Assembly (NCBI GenBank): GCA_025056565.1
Contig: JANWWA010000001.1
Coordinates: forward strand, 157,966 to 221,965
Source: Chloroherpetonaceae bacterium
GTDB lineage: Bacteria; Bacteroidota; Chlorobiia; Chlorobiales; Thermochlorobacteraceae
Length of the DNA stretch: 64,000 nt
Direction of reading: 5' to 3'
Below the pieces are notes generated by a model. That model was not told the origin of the DNA. It searched no databases and was given only the letters and a program-made list of their open reading frames with translations. Numbering within the stretch: position 1 is the first letter of the stretch; each line of letters opens with the position of its first letter. Positions 49,086 to 59,839 of this stretch are shown piece after piece. The translations under genes and the position numbers were made by a program.

Positions 49086-51014
49086 ATGGAATCGGTTCAA
49101 AGTTTCCTGAAAGGCGTTGCCCCTTTTTCCTTGCTTGCAGACAAAGAGCTTGAGGAAATTGGTAAAAAATTGCTGATTGAATTTTTCCCAAAAGATACCC
49201 TGATTTTGCGGCGCGATGTTGATAAGGCAGAGTTTGTCTACATCGTGCGCAAAGGCGCGGTTCGCATCACGCGCGGCATCCTCAATGAAAATGAGCGCTT
49301 GATTAGCATCTGCGGCGAAAAAGATATTTTTGGTGTCTCTTCGGTTCTGGAAGGCGAAGCATTTGTTTTCAACGCCAAAGCTGACCAAGACACGATTTGC
49401 TACCTTCTGCCGAAAGATGACTTTAAAGCCCTGCTCAGCAAGCATAAAGCGATTGCTGACTTTTTCTCCTCCAAGCTCTCCGTCTCACTTTCAAACGCCT
49501 ATCTGGAAGGCTCACTTCGGCTTTCGCAGCGCCGTGCAGGAGATGAGCCGACGCTGCTTTATCAACCTATTCGCAATTTGATTAAGCGTCGCCCTGTAGT
49601 CTGTCCACCTACGCTGTCCGTGCGTGAGGCTGCCGAAGTAATGACGCTGGAACGCATTGGTTCAATTGTCGTCGTCGATGACGCTGGCTGTCCGCAAGGT
49701 ATTCTCACGGATACAGATATGCGCGCCAAAATTGTGGCGCGAAATGTACCTGTTGACACCCCGATTGCACAAGTGATGTCTCAGCCAGTTATCACGATTG
49801 ATGCTGAGCAAAGCATTCTGGACGGCATTATGCTGATGACCAAACGGCGCATTCACCACCTTTGCGTTACAGAGCAGAAAGAAGGGCGCGCGCAGTTTAT
49901 TGGGGTGGTTTCCAAACATGATTTGATGCTCCTGCACGGCATTAGTCCAGTTGCAGCTATTAAGAACTTAGAGGCTCAGCAAAGCCTTGAAGGTCTCATT
50001 GAGACACGCTTGCAGATGGACGCTGTTGTCGATTCCCTCATTGCACAAGGCATTCGCGCACGCAAGCTTACGGAAATCATCACAGCTTTCAACGATAAGC
50101 TCACTGAGCGCCTCATTGAGTTTGCTGAACAGAGAATGCAAGAGCTGTCAGAAGGCAAGCCGCCTTGCCCCTACTCGTGGATGGCACTTGGCAGCGAAGG
50201 ACGAAAGGAACAAACCACAGCAACCGACCAAGACAACGCTATTGTGTTCGAGAACACCTCTCAGCTTGCGGCGGCTAAGCAATACTTTCGCAAAATGGCT
50301 GGGTTTGTGGTTGATGACTTAGAGCGCTGCGGTTTTCCAAAGTGCAAAGGCTTGATTATGGCAACCACACCCGAGTGGTGCGTTTCTCTGAATGAATGGA
50401 AACAGCACTTTCGCAAGTGGGTGCATTCAGCGCACCCAAAAGCTTTGCTCAACATCACCATATTTTTGGACTTCCGCACGCTCTACGGTGAAAGCCGCCT
50501 GACTGATGCACTCTACGAGACGCTTTTTGCGGAGCTTGAAGCAGCGCCGAATTTTCTTTTCTTCATCACGCAAAATGCGCTGCGCACCAAACCGCCTATC
50601 GGCTTTTTCGGCACATTTGTCGTGGAGTCGTCGGGTGAAAATAAGCACAAGTTCAACCTTAAAGAGCGTGCGCTTCGCCCACTCATCGATGCTGCACGAA
50701 TTTTATCGCTTGCTGCACGCTCTTCGGAAACCTCTACCGCTAAGCGCCTTGCAATTGCAAAAGAACAGCACCTTTTGCGAGACACCCTTTTAGACAATGC
50801 AATTGAAGCCTTTGACTACCTAATGACCTTGCGGCTTGCGCATCATAGCCGACAGCGGCAACTAGGCAAAACGCCTGATAACTTCATTGACCCTGACGAC
50901 CTCTCCTCCATAGAGCGTAATGCGGTCAAAGAAGCCTTCCGTGTCATTGAAGAGCTACAAGCCGAATTGCGTGATAAATTTGCAGGCGGGCGTGAAGTAG
51001 AGCTTTATGAATAA
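49086..51014 (+). CDS. cNMP-binding / tandem CBS / DUF294 nucleotidyltransferase-like signalling protein
   Basis: N-terminal CNB domain, two CBS units (VVVDDAGCPQGILTDTDM; VVSKHDLM), then WMALGSEGRKEQTTATDQDNAIVF (NTase GS...D.D motif) and a substrate-binding helical C-terminus. Confidence 0.8.
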   Translation: MESVQSFLKGVAPFSLLADKELEEIGKKLLIEFFPKDTLILRRDVDKAEFVYIVRKGAVRITRGILNENERLISICGEKDIFGVSSVLEGEAFVFNAKADQDTICYLLPKDDFKALLSKHKAIADFFSSKLSVSLSNAYLEGSLRLSQRRAGDEPTLLYQPIRNLIKRRPVVCPPTLSVREAAEVMTLERIGSIVVVDDAGCPQGILTDTDMRAKIVARNVPVDTPIAQVMSQPVITIDAEQSILDGIMLMTKRRIHHLCVTEQKEGRAQFIGVVSKHDLMLLHGISPVAAIKNLEAQQSLEGLIETRLQMDAVVDSLIAQGIRARKLTEIITAFNDKLTERLIEFAEQRMQELSEGKPPCPYSWMALGSEGRKEQTTATDQDNAIVFENTSQLAAAKQYFRKMAGFVVDDLERCGFPKCKGLIMATTPEWCVSLNEWKQHFRKWVHSAHPKALLNITIFLDFRTLYGESRLTDALYETLFAELEAAPNFLFFITQNALRTKPPIGFFGTFVVESSGENKHKFNLKERALRPLIDAARILSLAARSSETSTAKRLAIAKEQHLLRDTLLDNAIEAFDYLMTLRLAHHSRQRQLGKTPDNFIDPDDLSSIERNAVKEAFRVIEELQAELRDKFAGGREVELYE

Positions 51015-51026
51015 ACTACCATCACA

Positions 51027-51737
51027 ATGAGCTGGCTTAGACAACTTTTTGCGCAAAAGCAAGCCACCCAAGCACTGCCTGACGCACTCTTGCCTTATTT
51101 TACCAGTCCCCTACCTCACAAAAAACTACCGATTGACACGCTCACTTTTGTCGTCATTGACACAGAAACGACTGGACTGAATCCTACCAAAGACCAACTG
51201 CTCTCGATTGGTGCAGTGCGCCTGAGAGCGATGCGAGTGGATTTAAGCGAGACTTTTTTTGAAAAAATTTACTGCGAACAAGCTGCCTCACCTGAAACGA
51301 TTGCGGTGCACTTTATCACTCCTGAGGAAAGTCGCTGTGCTCCACCGCTCTCGCAAGTATTGCCCCAATTCCTCTCCTTCATTGGTACAAATGTGCTGAT
51401 TGCGCACCACGCTCGGTTTGACTTAGCATTTCTCAATGCGGCTTTGCGTAAGCACTATGGCAGAGAACTGCGTAACTACTGTCTCGATACGATTGACCTT
51501 GCACATGCTCTTGCCAGCACGAAGCAATCATTCGAGTATCTGGGCTTAAACCCACGACAGATGCCTGAATACGAGTTAGATAAGCTCGCAAAGTCGCTCA
51601 ATATTCCATTGGAAGCGCGCCACGATGCGTTGAATGATGCAGTCGTAACTGCACAGATTGCGGCTGTGCTGCTCAAACGTCTCGCTCAAGTTGGCGTGCA
51701 TACTTTGCAAGATTTGCTCTACCTTTCACGCATTTGA
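51027..51737 (+). CDS. DnaQ-like 3'-5' exonuclease (DEDDh)
   Basis: FVVIDTETTGL (Exo I), IAHHARFDLAFL (Exo II) and HDALNDA (Exo III). Confidence 0.8.
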   Translation: MSWLRQLFAQKQATQALPDALLPYFTSPLPHKKLPIDTLTFVVIDTETTGLNPTKDQLLSIGAVRLRAMRVDLSETFFEKIYCEQAASPETIAVHFITPEESRCAPPLSQVLPQFLSFIGTNVLIAHHARFDLAFLNAALRKHYGRELRNYCLDTIDLAHALASTKQSFEYLGLNPRQMPEYELDKLAKSLNIPLEARHDALNDAVVTAQIAAVLLKRLAQVGVHTLQDLLYLSRI

Positions 51738-51797
51738 TGCCGCACTTATTTCCTTTGCTACACTGGCTCTTATAGTGTGCGCTTTCCTACCTATTTG

Positions 51798-54626
51798 TCA
51801 ATCCAACTCACGGCGCAGGAAATAACCCGTAATGGAATGGGGGTTTTCGGCTACCTCTTCAGGTGTACCCACTGCCACAATGCGTCCGCCACGCTCTCCG
51901 CCTTCTGGACCTAAATCAATTACCCAATCGGCTTGCTTAATCACATCTAAATTGTGCTCAATTACCACGACGGTATTGCCCTTATTGACGAGCTGATGCA
52001 ACACATCAAGCAGCAGTTGAATATCGCGAAAGTGCAGACCTGTAGTTGGTTCATCGAGAATGTAAAGCGTCTTTCCTGTTTGAATTTTTGCCAGTTCTGC
52101 AGCGAGCTTGATACGCTGCGCTTCGCCGCCCGATAAGGTGGTGGAAGATTGTCCTAAGCGCAGGTAGCCCAAACCCACACTTTCCAGCACTTGCAAGATG
52201 CGCTTGATGCGTGGGAAATCCTCAAAAAAGAGACGCGCCTCTTCAATGGTCATCTGCAGCACATCGGCAATTGATTTGCCCTTGTAGCGCACTTCTAGCG
52301 TTTCACGGTTATACCGTTTGCCTTTGCACAGATCGCAGGTTACATACACATCGGGCAGAAAGTTCATTTCGATTTTCTTTACACCGTCCCCTTCACAGGC
52401 TTCGCAGCGTCCGCCCTTGACATTGAAGCTAAATCGACCGGGCTTGTAGCCACGAATTTGCGCCTCAGGCAAGGAGGCAAAAAAATCACGAATGAGTGTA
52501 AAGACACCAGTGTAAGTAGCTGGATTTGATCGGGGGGTTCGTCCAATCGGTGACTGGTCAATGTCAATTACTTTATCAATGTGCTCCACACCTGAAATGC
52601 TCTTGTACGGCAATGTGCGAAGTTTCGAGCGGTAGAAGCGGCTGGCTAAAATTGGATAGAGCGTTTCGTTGATGAGCGACGATTTGCCTGAACCACTGAC
52701 GCCCGTAATCGCTACAAACTTACCCAGCGGCAGATGTAAAGTTACATCTTGCAGATTATGTCCTGTGCAGCCTTCCAAGACGATGAATTTACCGTTGCCC
52801 GCACGCCGCTGTTTGGGTACAGCAATTTTTTCAACGCCTTGCAGATACTTTGCTGTGAGCGATTCGCGGTTCAGCGTTCTCGCCGTGCCTTCCGCTACGA
52901 CATAGCCACCGTGTTCGCCTGCACCCGGCCCTAAGTCAATGATGTAGTCGGCATGCTCCATCGTTTCTCGGTCGTGCTCAACCACTATGACACTATTGCC
53001 CAAATCACGCAGTTGCAGGAGCGATTGAATCAGTTTCATATTGTCGCGCTGATGCAGCCCGATTGAGGGTTCATCAAGGATATACAGCACGCCTGTTAGC
53101 TGTGAGCCGAGCTGTGCCGCTAAGCGAATGCGCTGTGCTTCACCGCCCGAGAGTGTCGCAGCCGAGCGTGAAAGCGTGAGGTAGTCTAATCCAACATTGA
53201 GTAGAAAATTCAATCGCTTGGTGATTTCTGCCAGAATCGGCGTGGCAATTGCAAGGTCGCGTCCTGATAGAGCCTTTGGCAGCGATTCAAAAAACGCTTT
53301 GCACTCTGGAATTGGCAGGTCTGCAACTTCCGCAATGCTTTTTTCCTGAATTTTCACAAACAGGCTCTCAATGCGCAGCCGTGCACCTTTGCAGGTTGGG
53401 CAAGGCTCTTTCTGCATAAAACTTTCTGCCCACTCTCGCACTGATGCGGATTGTGTAGTTGCATGCGTGCTTTGCACATAGTCAATCAGTCCGTGAAACG
53501 GTGCACTGTAAGCATATTCGCGTCCGCCGTAGCTGTAGCGCAGCGTTACTGGCTCACGCGAGCCATAGAGCAATAGGTCAATGAACTTTTTGGGCAAACT
53601 GGACATCGGCGTACTCAGGGAAACTTGATGTTGTTCAGCTAAGGCTTTTACCAGCTGCCACATACTGCTGCGTCCTTCTCTGCCCAGTGGAGCAAGCCCT
53701 CCCTCTGCAAGACTGCGTTCAGGGTCAGGAATGATCAGGTCGGGGGAGACTTGCATCACTTCGCCCAAGCCTTCGCAGGTTGGGCATGCGCCGTAGGGAG
53801 AATTGAAGCTGAAATTATTTGGAGCTAATTCTGCCAGCGCCAGCGTGCCATCAGAATAGGCGTAATTCTTGTTGAAAAACATATCTCGCCGATTTTCGCC
53901 GAGTACCTCGCAAATCATCGTGGATTTGCTTTCAGAGAGCTGCAAGGCGAGCGAGATGGCTTCTTTTAGACGCGGCGTAATCTCGGGCGAAATCACAAAG
54001 CGGTCAACGACCAGTTCAATGTCATGCACTTTGTAGCGGTCGAGCTTCATGCCCTTTTTGAGTTCAACGGTTTCACCGTCGACTCGCACACGCACAAACC
54101 CGCGCTTTAAGAGGTCGCTAAATAGCTCACGGTAGTGCCCTTTGCGTCCTACTACCAGTGGTGCCAGCAGTTGCACCTTTGTTTTCTCGGGCAAGCGCAA
54201 AATTGCGGCCAGAATGTCTTCTTCGGTCTGTTTTTCCAAGCGTTGGTTAGTTTTGGGGTCATAGCGAATGCCAATGCGTGCCCAGAGCAGGCGCATAAAG
54301 TCGTAGATTTCCGTAATCGTGCCGACCGTCGAGCGTGGGCTGCGGGCAGTGGTCTTCTGCTCAATAGAGATAACGGGCGAAAGCCCATCAATAAAATCCA
54401 CATCAGGTCGCTCAATTGCACCGACAAATTGACGGGCATAAGCAGAGAGCGTTTCCATAAATCGCCTTTGCCCTTCGGCGTAAATGGTGTCGAATGCCAA
54501 GCTGGATTTGCCTGAGCCAGACAGCCCCGTAATCACCACAAGCTTATTGCGAGGAATCTGGACATGGATATTCTTCAAGTTGTGCACCCGCGCACCCCGC
54601 ACAATGATATGCTGCAACTCGGACAT
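51798..54626 (-). CDS. uvrA: excinuclease ABC subunit A
   Basis: 942 aa with two ABC modules ([14 protein letters not shown]; [11 protein letters not shown]), zinc modules (CPTCEGLG; CEACEGDG) and LSGGEAQRI twice. Confidence 0.95.
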   Translation of the reverse strand: MSELQHIIVRGARVHNLKNIHVQIPRNKLVVITGLSGSGKSSLAFDTIYAEGQRRFMETLSAYARQFVGAIERPDVDFIDGLSPVISIEQKTTARSPRSTVGTITEIYDFMRLLWARIGIRYDPKTNQRLEKQTEEDILAAILRLPEKTKVQLLAPLVVGRKGHYRELFSDLLKRGFVRVRVDGETVELKKGMKLDRYKVHDIELVVDRFVISPEITPRLKEAISLALQLSESKSTMICEVLGENRRDMFFNKNYAYSDGTLALAELAPNNFSFNSPYGACPTCEGLGEVMQVSPDLIIPDPERSLAEGGLAPLGREGRSSMWQLVKALAEQHQVSLSTPMSSLPKKFIDLLLYGSREPVTLRYSYGGREYAYSAPFHGLIDYVQSTHATTQSASVREWAESFMQKEPCPTCKGARLRIESLFVKIQEKSIAEVADLPIPECKAFFESLPKALSGRDLAIATPILAEITKRLNFLLNVGLDYLTLSRSAATLSGGEAQRIRLAAQLGSQLTGVLYILDEPSIGLHQRDNMKLIQSLLQLRDLGNSVIVVEHDRETMEHADYIIDLGPGAGEHGGYVVAEGTARTLNRESLTAKYLQGVEKIAVPKQRRAGNGKFIVLEGCTGHNLQDVTLHLPLGKFVAITGVSGSGKSSLINETLYPILASRFYRSKLRTLPYKSISGVEHIDKVIDIDQSPIGRTPRSNPATYTGVFTLIRDFFASLPEAQIRGYKPGRFSFNVKGGRCEACEGDGVKKIEMNFLPDVYVTCDLCKGKRYNRETLEVRYKGKSIADVLQMTIEEARLFFEDFPRIKRILQVLESVGLGYLRLGQSSTTLSGGEAQRIKLAAELAKIQTGKTLYILDEPTTGLHFRDIQLLLDVLHQLVNKGNTVVVIEHNLDVIKQADWVIDLGPEGGERGGRIVAVGTPEEVAENPHSITGYFLRRELD

Positions 54627-54653
54627 TCAAGCAACCTTCAAAAAAATTAAGCT

Positions 54654-54661
54654 CAAATATA
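54654..54661 (-). promoter_or_regulatory. candidate -7 promoter box (TAtaTTTG) for uvrA
   Basis: Plus-strand caaatata reads as TATATTTG on the minus strand. It lies 27 nt upstream of the ATG at 54626. Confidence 0.35.
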
Positions 54662-54744
54662 CGCCAAATCCGCTTCGCTACGCATATCACACGGCAAGGT
54701 GCATAGGGCGGGAGAGCACTTTTTGCAAAGTTTTTTGCGCAAAG

Positions 54745-54791
54745 AAAAAAGTCTGCAAAGCCTGCCTAAATTGCAGCACGGCTCTGCAGAC
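54745..54791 (-). terminator. rho-independent terminator of fbaB
   Basis: GTCTGCAaAGCC...GGCTcTGCAGAC forms a 12-bp stem with one mismatch. On the minus strand it is followed by TTTTTT (54745-54750). It lies 23 nt past the stop at 54814. Confidence 0.6.
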
Positions 54792-54813
54792 TGTTTGTGA
54801 GTTGGATTTCTCC

Positions 54814-55905
54814 TTAGGCAATCGTGATGTTTTTATCGAGATAGACGTCTTGAATGGCGTGCAGAATCGCAATGCCTTCTTTCATTGGTTTCTGGAAGGC
54901 TTTGCGTCCTGAGATGAGTCCCATTCCTCCGGCGCGCTTATTGATGACGGCAGTGCGCACCGCATCGTAGAGGTCGTTATCGCCTGATGCACCACCTGAG
55001 TTAATCAGTCCTGCGCGCCCCATGTAGCTGTTGATGACTTGATAGCGGCAAAGGTCAATCGGGTGGTCGGTTACAAGGTCAGTGTACATTCGGCTATCGG
55101 TCTTGCCATATGGATTTTCCTTTGTGCTGAGTGCCTTGTAACCCCCGTTGTTTTCAGGCAACTTTTGCTTAATGATATCCGCTTCAATTGTTACGCCCAA
55201 GTGATTGGCTTGTGCTGTGAGGTCTGCTGCCACATGGTAGTCCGTTCCATTTACTTTGAAGGCAGGGTTGCGCAGATAGCACCACAGAATCGTGACCATT
55301 CCAAGGTCGTGTGCTTGCTTGAAGGCCTCCGAGACTTCAATAATTTGGCGATTGGATTCAGGTGAGCCAAAGTAAATCGTTGCACCAACACCCACGCAGC
55401 CCATATCAAACGCCATCTTGATATTCCCGAACATAATTTGGTCATACTTGTTCGGGTATGTGAGAAATTCATTGTGGTTAATCTTGGCAATGAACGGAAT
55501 CTTGTGCGCATACTTGCGCGCCACGCTTCCCAAAACGCCGAATGTGGAGGCTACAGCATTGCACCCGCCTTCAATCGCCAGTTTCACGATATTCTCGCCA
55601 TCAAAGTAAATTGGATTTTTCGCAAACGATGCCCCTGCAGAGTGCTCAACGCCTTGATCGACTGGCAAGATAGACAAGTATCCCGTGCCCGCTAAGCGCC
55701 CTGTGTTAAAGAGTAGTTGCATATTGCGCAAGACATTTGGGCTTCGGTCTGAGTGCACCCAGACACGGTCAATGAAATCTGGCCCAGGCAAATGCAAGTG
55801 CTCTTTTGGAACTTTAGCGCGATACTCTAAAAGATTCTTTGCTTCTGCACCTAGCACCTCTTCTACATCAATTGTGAGGGTGCTTTCAAGAACGGCAGTA
55901 CTCAT
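54814..55905 (-). CDS. fbaB: class I fructose-bisphosphate aldolase (FbaB type)
   Basis: Near-colinear with E. coli FbaB as I recall it: [46 protein letters not shown], and [20 protein letters not shown]...DVYLD..ITIA. Confidence 0.85.
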   Translation of the reverse strand: MSTAVLESTLTIDVEEVLGAEAKNLLEYRAKVPKEHLHLPGPDFIDRVWVHSDRSPNVLRNMQLLFNTGRLAGTGYLSILPVDQGVEHSAGASFAKNPIYFDGENIVKLAIEGGCNAVASTFGVLGSVARKYAHKIPFIAKINHNEFLTYPNKYDQIMFGNIKMAFDMGCVGVGATIYFGSPESNRQIIEVSEAFKQAHDLGMVTILWCYLRNPAFKVNGTDYHVAADLTAQANHLGVTIEADIIKQKLPENNGGYKALSTKENPYGKTDSRMYTDLVTDHPIDLCRYQVINSYMGRAGLINSGGASGDNDLYDAVRTAVINKRAGGMGLISGRKAFQKPMKEGIAILHAIQDVYLDKNITIA

Positions 55906-55986
55906 AGCTGTAACAGATTTTGGTTGGAAAAACTTGCGTTCATTTTCTTGCGGAAACGCTGGAATATACGCACACGAGATGTTTAT

Positions 55987-56961
55987 TCAATCGTTCACTC
56001 TATCTTGTAGCACTGCGGCCGCCAGCTGACAAACCTCTTCGGCACACCCCCATGAAAGCGTAATGCCGCTACCGCCGTGTCCGTAGTTGTGAATTACATT
56101 CGGCCATTTGGGGTCGCGCTCCAGACGCACTTCAGTTCTGCCCGGACGCAAGCCCACTTTTGCGCCTAAAATCGGCATACCTTGCAGATGTGGTTCTAAC
56201 GCCACGCAGCGCGCCACAATATCCGACGACAGCGTTTCATCGGGCGTGCAATCCCATTCGCCTATATCTGCCGAGCCGCCAAGAATCACATCGTGTGAAC
56301 GCGGAATGATATAGGTTGGTCGTGTTGGGCAAGGTGGATTGTCAAATGTGTAGCCTTGCACCTGTTTTGGTCGTGCCACGCTCAGAACTTGCCCACGAAT
56401 TGGATAGAGGGCTTCATCACCACATAGTTCGCGTGCCCCTAAGCCTGCACAGTTCACTACCAGTGCCGATGTTTGCGCAAGGGCTTGCACAGAGTGCACT
56501 TCAGCTTGCACCACCTCTGCGCCCAAGTGCTGCGCCCAGCGCAAAAGGTAGGGCATATACACATTGGTCTCTACCAATGGCACTTTGGCAAGGTAGCCAT
56601 CGGCGAACCCCGCTGGTAGCTCGCTTTGTGAGAGGCGGCGAATTTGCTCAACGGTTTCACGCCACCACAGGTTAGGCGTTGGCTCAGCATAAAGGGCGAT
56701 AAAATCGACCATCGAAACGCCAGCAGCAGGGTCTGCTGCCAGTTGTTTGAAGCGTTCAAAGGCCGCCTTGCACCATCCTTTCATCCGTTCAATGGGTCGC
56801 GCATTGTAAGGATACCAAATGGCAGCTGCCACATTAGATGTTGTCTCAGGCGGGAGCGCCTTTGCGAGCACTTTGAGATGAAGCTCAGGATGCTGCTCTA
56901 AAAGACGCACAGCGGTCGAGAGCCCCATTACACCTGCGCCGATAATAGTTACAGTGCGCAT
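55987..56961 (-). CDS. D-amino-acid oxidase-like FAD oxidoreductase
   Basis: VTIIGAGVMGLSTA dinucleotide-binding site, AAAIWYPY, and C-terminal HNYGHGGSGITLSWGCA, which is typical of DAAO. Confidence 0.7.
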   Translation of the reverse strand: MRTVTIIGAGVMGLSTAVRLLEQHPELHLKVLAKALPPETTSNVAAAIWYPYNARPIERMKGWCKAAFERFKQLAADPAAGVSMVDFIALYAEPTPNLWWRETVEQIRRLSQSELPAGFADGYLAKVPLVETNVYMPYLLRWAQHLGAEVVQAEVHSVQALAQTSALVVNCAGLGARELCGDEALYPIRGQVLSVARPKQVQGYTFDNPPCPTRPTYIIPRSHDVILGGSADIGEWDCTPDETLSSDIVARCVALEPHLQGMPILGAKVGLRPGRTEVRLERDPKWPNVIHNYGHGGSGITLSWGCAEEVCQLAAAVLQDRVND

Positions 56962-57002
56962 ACTTTTCTAGTGAAAATACGCCGCATTCTCACTTTTTCG
57001 CT

Positions 57003-57689
57003 CTAAAACTGCACTTGCAAGAGCCTCACCGAATACAGCGTTGTCGGATGCTGATAACTTGCTGACACGCTTGGCACTGGTGAGATGCAGAGCTGTCCAT
57101 CTTTGATGTGCAGGAGCGAGCCGCTTTCTCCAGCTTTTGGCGCGCGTCGTGATAGGTCGTAACCGAATGTGCCAGCAAGCAGTGTTATTATGAAAATGCC
57201 TAATACTGCTGCCACCCCTGATACGAACACTACTACATCGTTATTTCGAATGGTCAGTCCTCGAGAGAGTTCCGCCAGAAAGAAGGTGAGTACAGTCCCT
57301 CCTGCACAACCTAGCCACGAGAGCCAGAAAGAACCTTCGTCGCCATAGCTATTACCTGCCAGTGTAATACCGCCTGCACAGCCTGCTGTGGTTAGAAGCA
57401 GTACCAAAGCACCTGTTACAACATTCTGCTGAATAATTTGCAGCGTTCCGCCTACCAATAGACCGACTGTCAAGCCGCCTACGCCACTTAGCCACTTGAT
57501 TCCAAATGGCGATTTGTATCCTACAGAACTTTGTTCCTCTTGCCTTACTTGATATATCGTCACACTACTACTTACAGCAGGCATGCTTACGGTTGCCGCC
57601 CAATCCGTCTGGAAGGATAGAGACTGTGCTGAGCTTTGGGCACAGAGCGAAACAAGCAGCAGTCCAGTTATCACAAGTTGTCGCATCAT
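57003..57689 (-). CDS. hypothetical secreted/membrane protein with glycine-zipper-like segments
   Basis: Signal peptide LLLVSLCAQSSAQS, several Gly-rich hydrophobic stretches, and a terminal ...LLQVQF. Confidence 0.4.
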   Translation of the reverse strand: MMRQLVITGLLLVSLCAQSSAQSLSFQTDWAATVSMPAVSSSVTIYQVRQEEQSSVGYKSPFGIKWLSGVGGLTVGLLVGGTLQIIQQNVVTGALVLLLTTAGCAGGITLAGNSYGDEGSFWLSWLGCAGGTVLTFFLAELSRGLTIRNNDVVVFVSGVAAVLGIFIITLLAGTFGYDLSRRAPKAGESGSLLHIKDGQLCISPVPSVSASYQHPTTLYSVRLLQVQF

Positions 57690-57713
57690 TTGCAGGGTTC
57701 AGGGTTGAGAAAA

Positions 57714-58604
57714 TTAAACCGCCAGCTGCTCGGAGTCTTGCACGCCCAGCGTTTCGTAGATTTTGAGCGTGGCGCGTGAGCTATTTAGCGTGTAGAAATG
57801 AATGCCTTTTACGCCATGGTGCATTAGATCTGCCACTTGTTCAGTCGCCCAGTGCACGCCAACCTTTTCGACGTCGGCATCATCTTTCACACGGTTAATT
57901 GCGCGCAGAAGCTTTGCAGGGAAACAGGTGCCGGGCGACAGCTCAGCCATTCGAAGCATACCGCTGCGCGTGGTGATAGGCATAATTCCAGCGATAATTG
58001 GCACGCGAATACCTGCAATTTCACACCGCTCGCAAAAGTCATAAAAGTAGTGATTGTCAAAAAAGAGCTGTGTGACGATGTAATCAGCTCCTGCATCGAC
58101 TTTCATCTTGAGGTAGTCCATTTCCTTGAGTCGATTTGGCGTTGCAGGGTGTCCTTCGGGGAAACCTGCCACGCCAATGCCCATTTGCGGAAAGTGCTTT
58201 TTGATAAATGCCACCAGTTCGGCGGCATACTTGAAGTCTTGATGCTCAGGCGTCCAGTTTGGAATGTTTCGAGGTGGGTCGCCGCGCAGAGCCAGAATGT
58301 TATGCACCCCATTCTCATCGTAGCGCTTTAGGATCTGGTAAATTTCTTCTCGGCTTGAGCCGATTGTTGTCAGGTGTGAGACCACCGTCAAATTGGTCTC
58401 TTTCTGAATGCGCACCACAAGGTTATGGGTGCGCTCGCGTGTCGTGCCCCCTGCACCGTAGGTGACGCTCACATATGAGGGCTTGAGCGCCATCAAATCC
58501 GCAATCGTGTGGAAGAGCTTGTCCCAATCGGCTTCTTGCTTTGGTGGGAAAAACTCAAAGCTGAAGGCAGTCTTGTTTGATTTCAGAATATCTCGGACTA
58601 ACAT
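57714..58604 (-). CDS. metF: 5,10-methylenetetrahydrofolate reductase
   Basis: FSFEFFPPK, VSVTYGAGG, LTTIG, ILALRGDPP and TQLFFD blocks. Confidence 0.9.
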   Translation of the reverse strand: MLVRDILKSNKTAFSFEFFPPKQEADWDKLFHTIADLMALKPSYVSVTYGAGGTTRERTHNLVVRIQKETNLTVVSHLTTIGSSREEIYQILKRYDENGVHNILALRGDPPRNIPNWTPEHQDFKYAAELVAFIKKHFPQMGIGVAGFPEGHPATPNRLKEMDYLKMKVDAGADYIVTQLFFDNHYFYDFCERCEIAGIRVPIIAGIMPITTRSGMLRMAELSPGTCFPAKLLRAINRVKDDADVEKVGVHWATEQVADLMHHGVKGIHFYTLNSSRATLKIYETLGVQDSEQLAV

Positions 58605-58624
58605 AGCTTACCGATTTAAGTGTG

Positions 58625-58632
58625 CAAATATA
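58625..58632 (-). promoter_or_regulatory. candidate -7 promoter box (TAtaTTTG) for metF
   Basis: Plus-strand caaatata reads as TATATTTG on the minus strand. It lies 20 nt upstream of the ATG at 58604. Confidence 0.4.
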
Positions 58633-58747
58633 TCGCTTTGCAACGAAAGGACTGTGCGTGGGCATATTAACAACCCTTCACATCATCATTCTACTTTTTC
58701 AAGTGGGGCTATGCGTTGGCACTCTGTCTTACTTTCCGCGTTGGAAC

Positions 58748-59191
58748 TTAGTCAGCCAGCTTTGGTTTTTGGGCCAGTCGATCCAGCGTTAGCTTGCTTT
58801 GCTTAATTTGAATTTGCGCTGTAATCCACGCTCGCGCATTTTGCTCTTCACCCCATGTAAAAATTTTGATGGGGCACTTTGGCATAGCCTTCGTTAAGCC
58901 CACAGAAATTGGGCGCAAGTAGCGAATCATTTTCGTTGATTTCATCACGGCAACCAGACCCGCAAGGTATTCGTGCAAGTCAGGCGGCAGTTGCTCTGTC
59001 AGAATCAACGGCGGTTTCGGGCGCGGCAATTTTGGCTCGGTGGCATCGCAGCGATAGAAGATACCAAACACTTCCTTTCGCTCCACAGCCCGATAAATCG
59101 CTTTGTAAAAATCTTTCAGCATCGCTTGACTGACGGGCGAACCTGTGCGCAGCGTCAGGAGCGGAAAAGTTGAGTCATCAATTTCATACAT
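58748..59191 (-). CDS. hypothetical protein, divergent from the BLUF gene
   Basis: 147 aa ORF with an ATG start. No family recognised with confidence. There is a vague resemblance to STAS/SpoIIAA-like small domains. Confidence 0.4.
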   Translation of the reverse strand: MYEIDDSTFPLLTLRTGSPVSQAMLKDFYKAIYRAVERKEVFGIFYRCDATEPKLPRPKPPLILTEQLPPDLHEYLAGLVAVMKSTKMIRYLRPISVGLTKAMPKCPIKIFTWGEEQNARAWITAQIQIKQSKLTLDRLAQKPKLAD

Positions 59192-59311
59192 AGACTTGAA
59201 CTACCTGCTGCAAATTGCAAATTCTCTACGCCTTCAAAAAACTGAACAAGCATATCTTGTTGTTTAAGCAGGCTCAAGCAGTGCATCAACCGCATTTAAA
59301 CTGATATTCTG

Positions 59312-59758
59312 ATGTCGCTATACCGACTGGTCTATTGCAGCCTTGCATCTGAGACGCTAACGCTTGAGGACGTCAAAGAAATTTCCCGCAAGGCTAGTCT
59401 TAACAACGCAAAGCGCGCGATTTCAGGTGGTTTGCTGTATTGCGAAAGCCAATTTTTACAAGTTTTGGAAGGCGGCCTTGAGGAAGTGAATTATACGTTT
59501 TCTCGCATTGTGCGCGATGAACGACATCACGACATCAAGCTCATAGAGTTTGGCAAAATCCCAAAGCGGCTCTTTCGGGGCTGGGATATGTCGCTTGTCT
59601 TTTTTGCGACAGCACGCGAGTTTCAATCGGAGTACAGCAAATTCAGTGCCACGCGAGACTTTAACCCACTGAGCTTAGACGGCAACGCCTGCGCAGAACT
59701 TGTCTTCGAGCTCTTGGAAAAACAGCGTCGCAATCCTCTTACGCTGGCAGTAACTTAG
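59312..59758 (+). CDS. short BLUF-domain blue-light photoreceptor
   Basis: YRLVYCS...ISGGLLYCESQFLQVLEG...FSRIVRDERHHD...W contains the Tyr, Gln and Trp positions of BLUF domains. Only about 50 aa follow the domain. Confidence 0.85.
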   Translation: MSLYRLVYCSLASETLTLEDVKEISRKASLNNAKRAISGGLLYCESQFLQVLEGGLEEVNYTFSRIVRDERHHDIKLIEFGKIPKRLFRGWDMSLVFFATAREFQSEYSKFSATRDFNPLSLDGNACAELVFELLEKQRRNPLTLAVT

Positions 59759-59839
59759 GCCGTTACTTCGATTCAGTGCCTTTACTGCAAGGCATAGCAC
59801 AGGCGATGCAGTTCAGTATGAAGTGTGGCGTGCGAAGCA

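Noticed and set aside
48618-49445. 275-aa minus-strand ORF in the track
   Set aside because: Its N-terminal 136 codons are antisense to the well-supported cNMP-CBS-DUF294 gene (49086 onward) and read like shadow-frame sequence. Only the C-terminal membrane part, from the ATG at 49037, is kept.
58605-58747. Possible SAM or other riboswitch in the 143-nt region upstream of metF
   Set aside because: The reverse-strand sequence shows none of the SAM-I core elements I know, and no extended conserved-looking helices. A TAtaTTTG box 20 nt from the ATG implies a very short leader instead.
59777-59794. Small hairpin TGCCTT tactgc AAGGCA after the BLUF stop, and CCCTG tctga CAGGG near 60338-60352 after the MerR gene
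   Set aside because: The stems are only 5-6 bp with no T-tract, which is too weak to call as terminators or regulatory structures.
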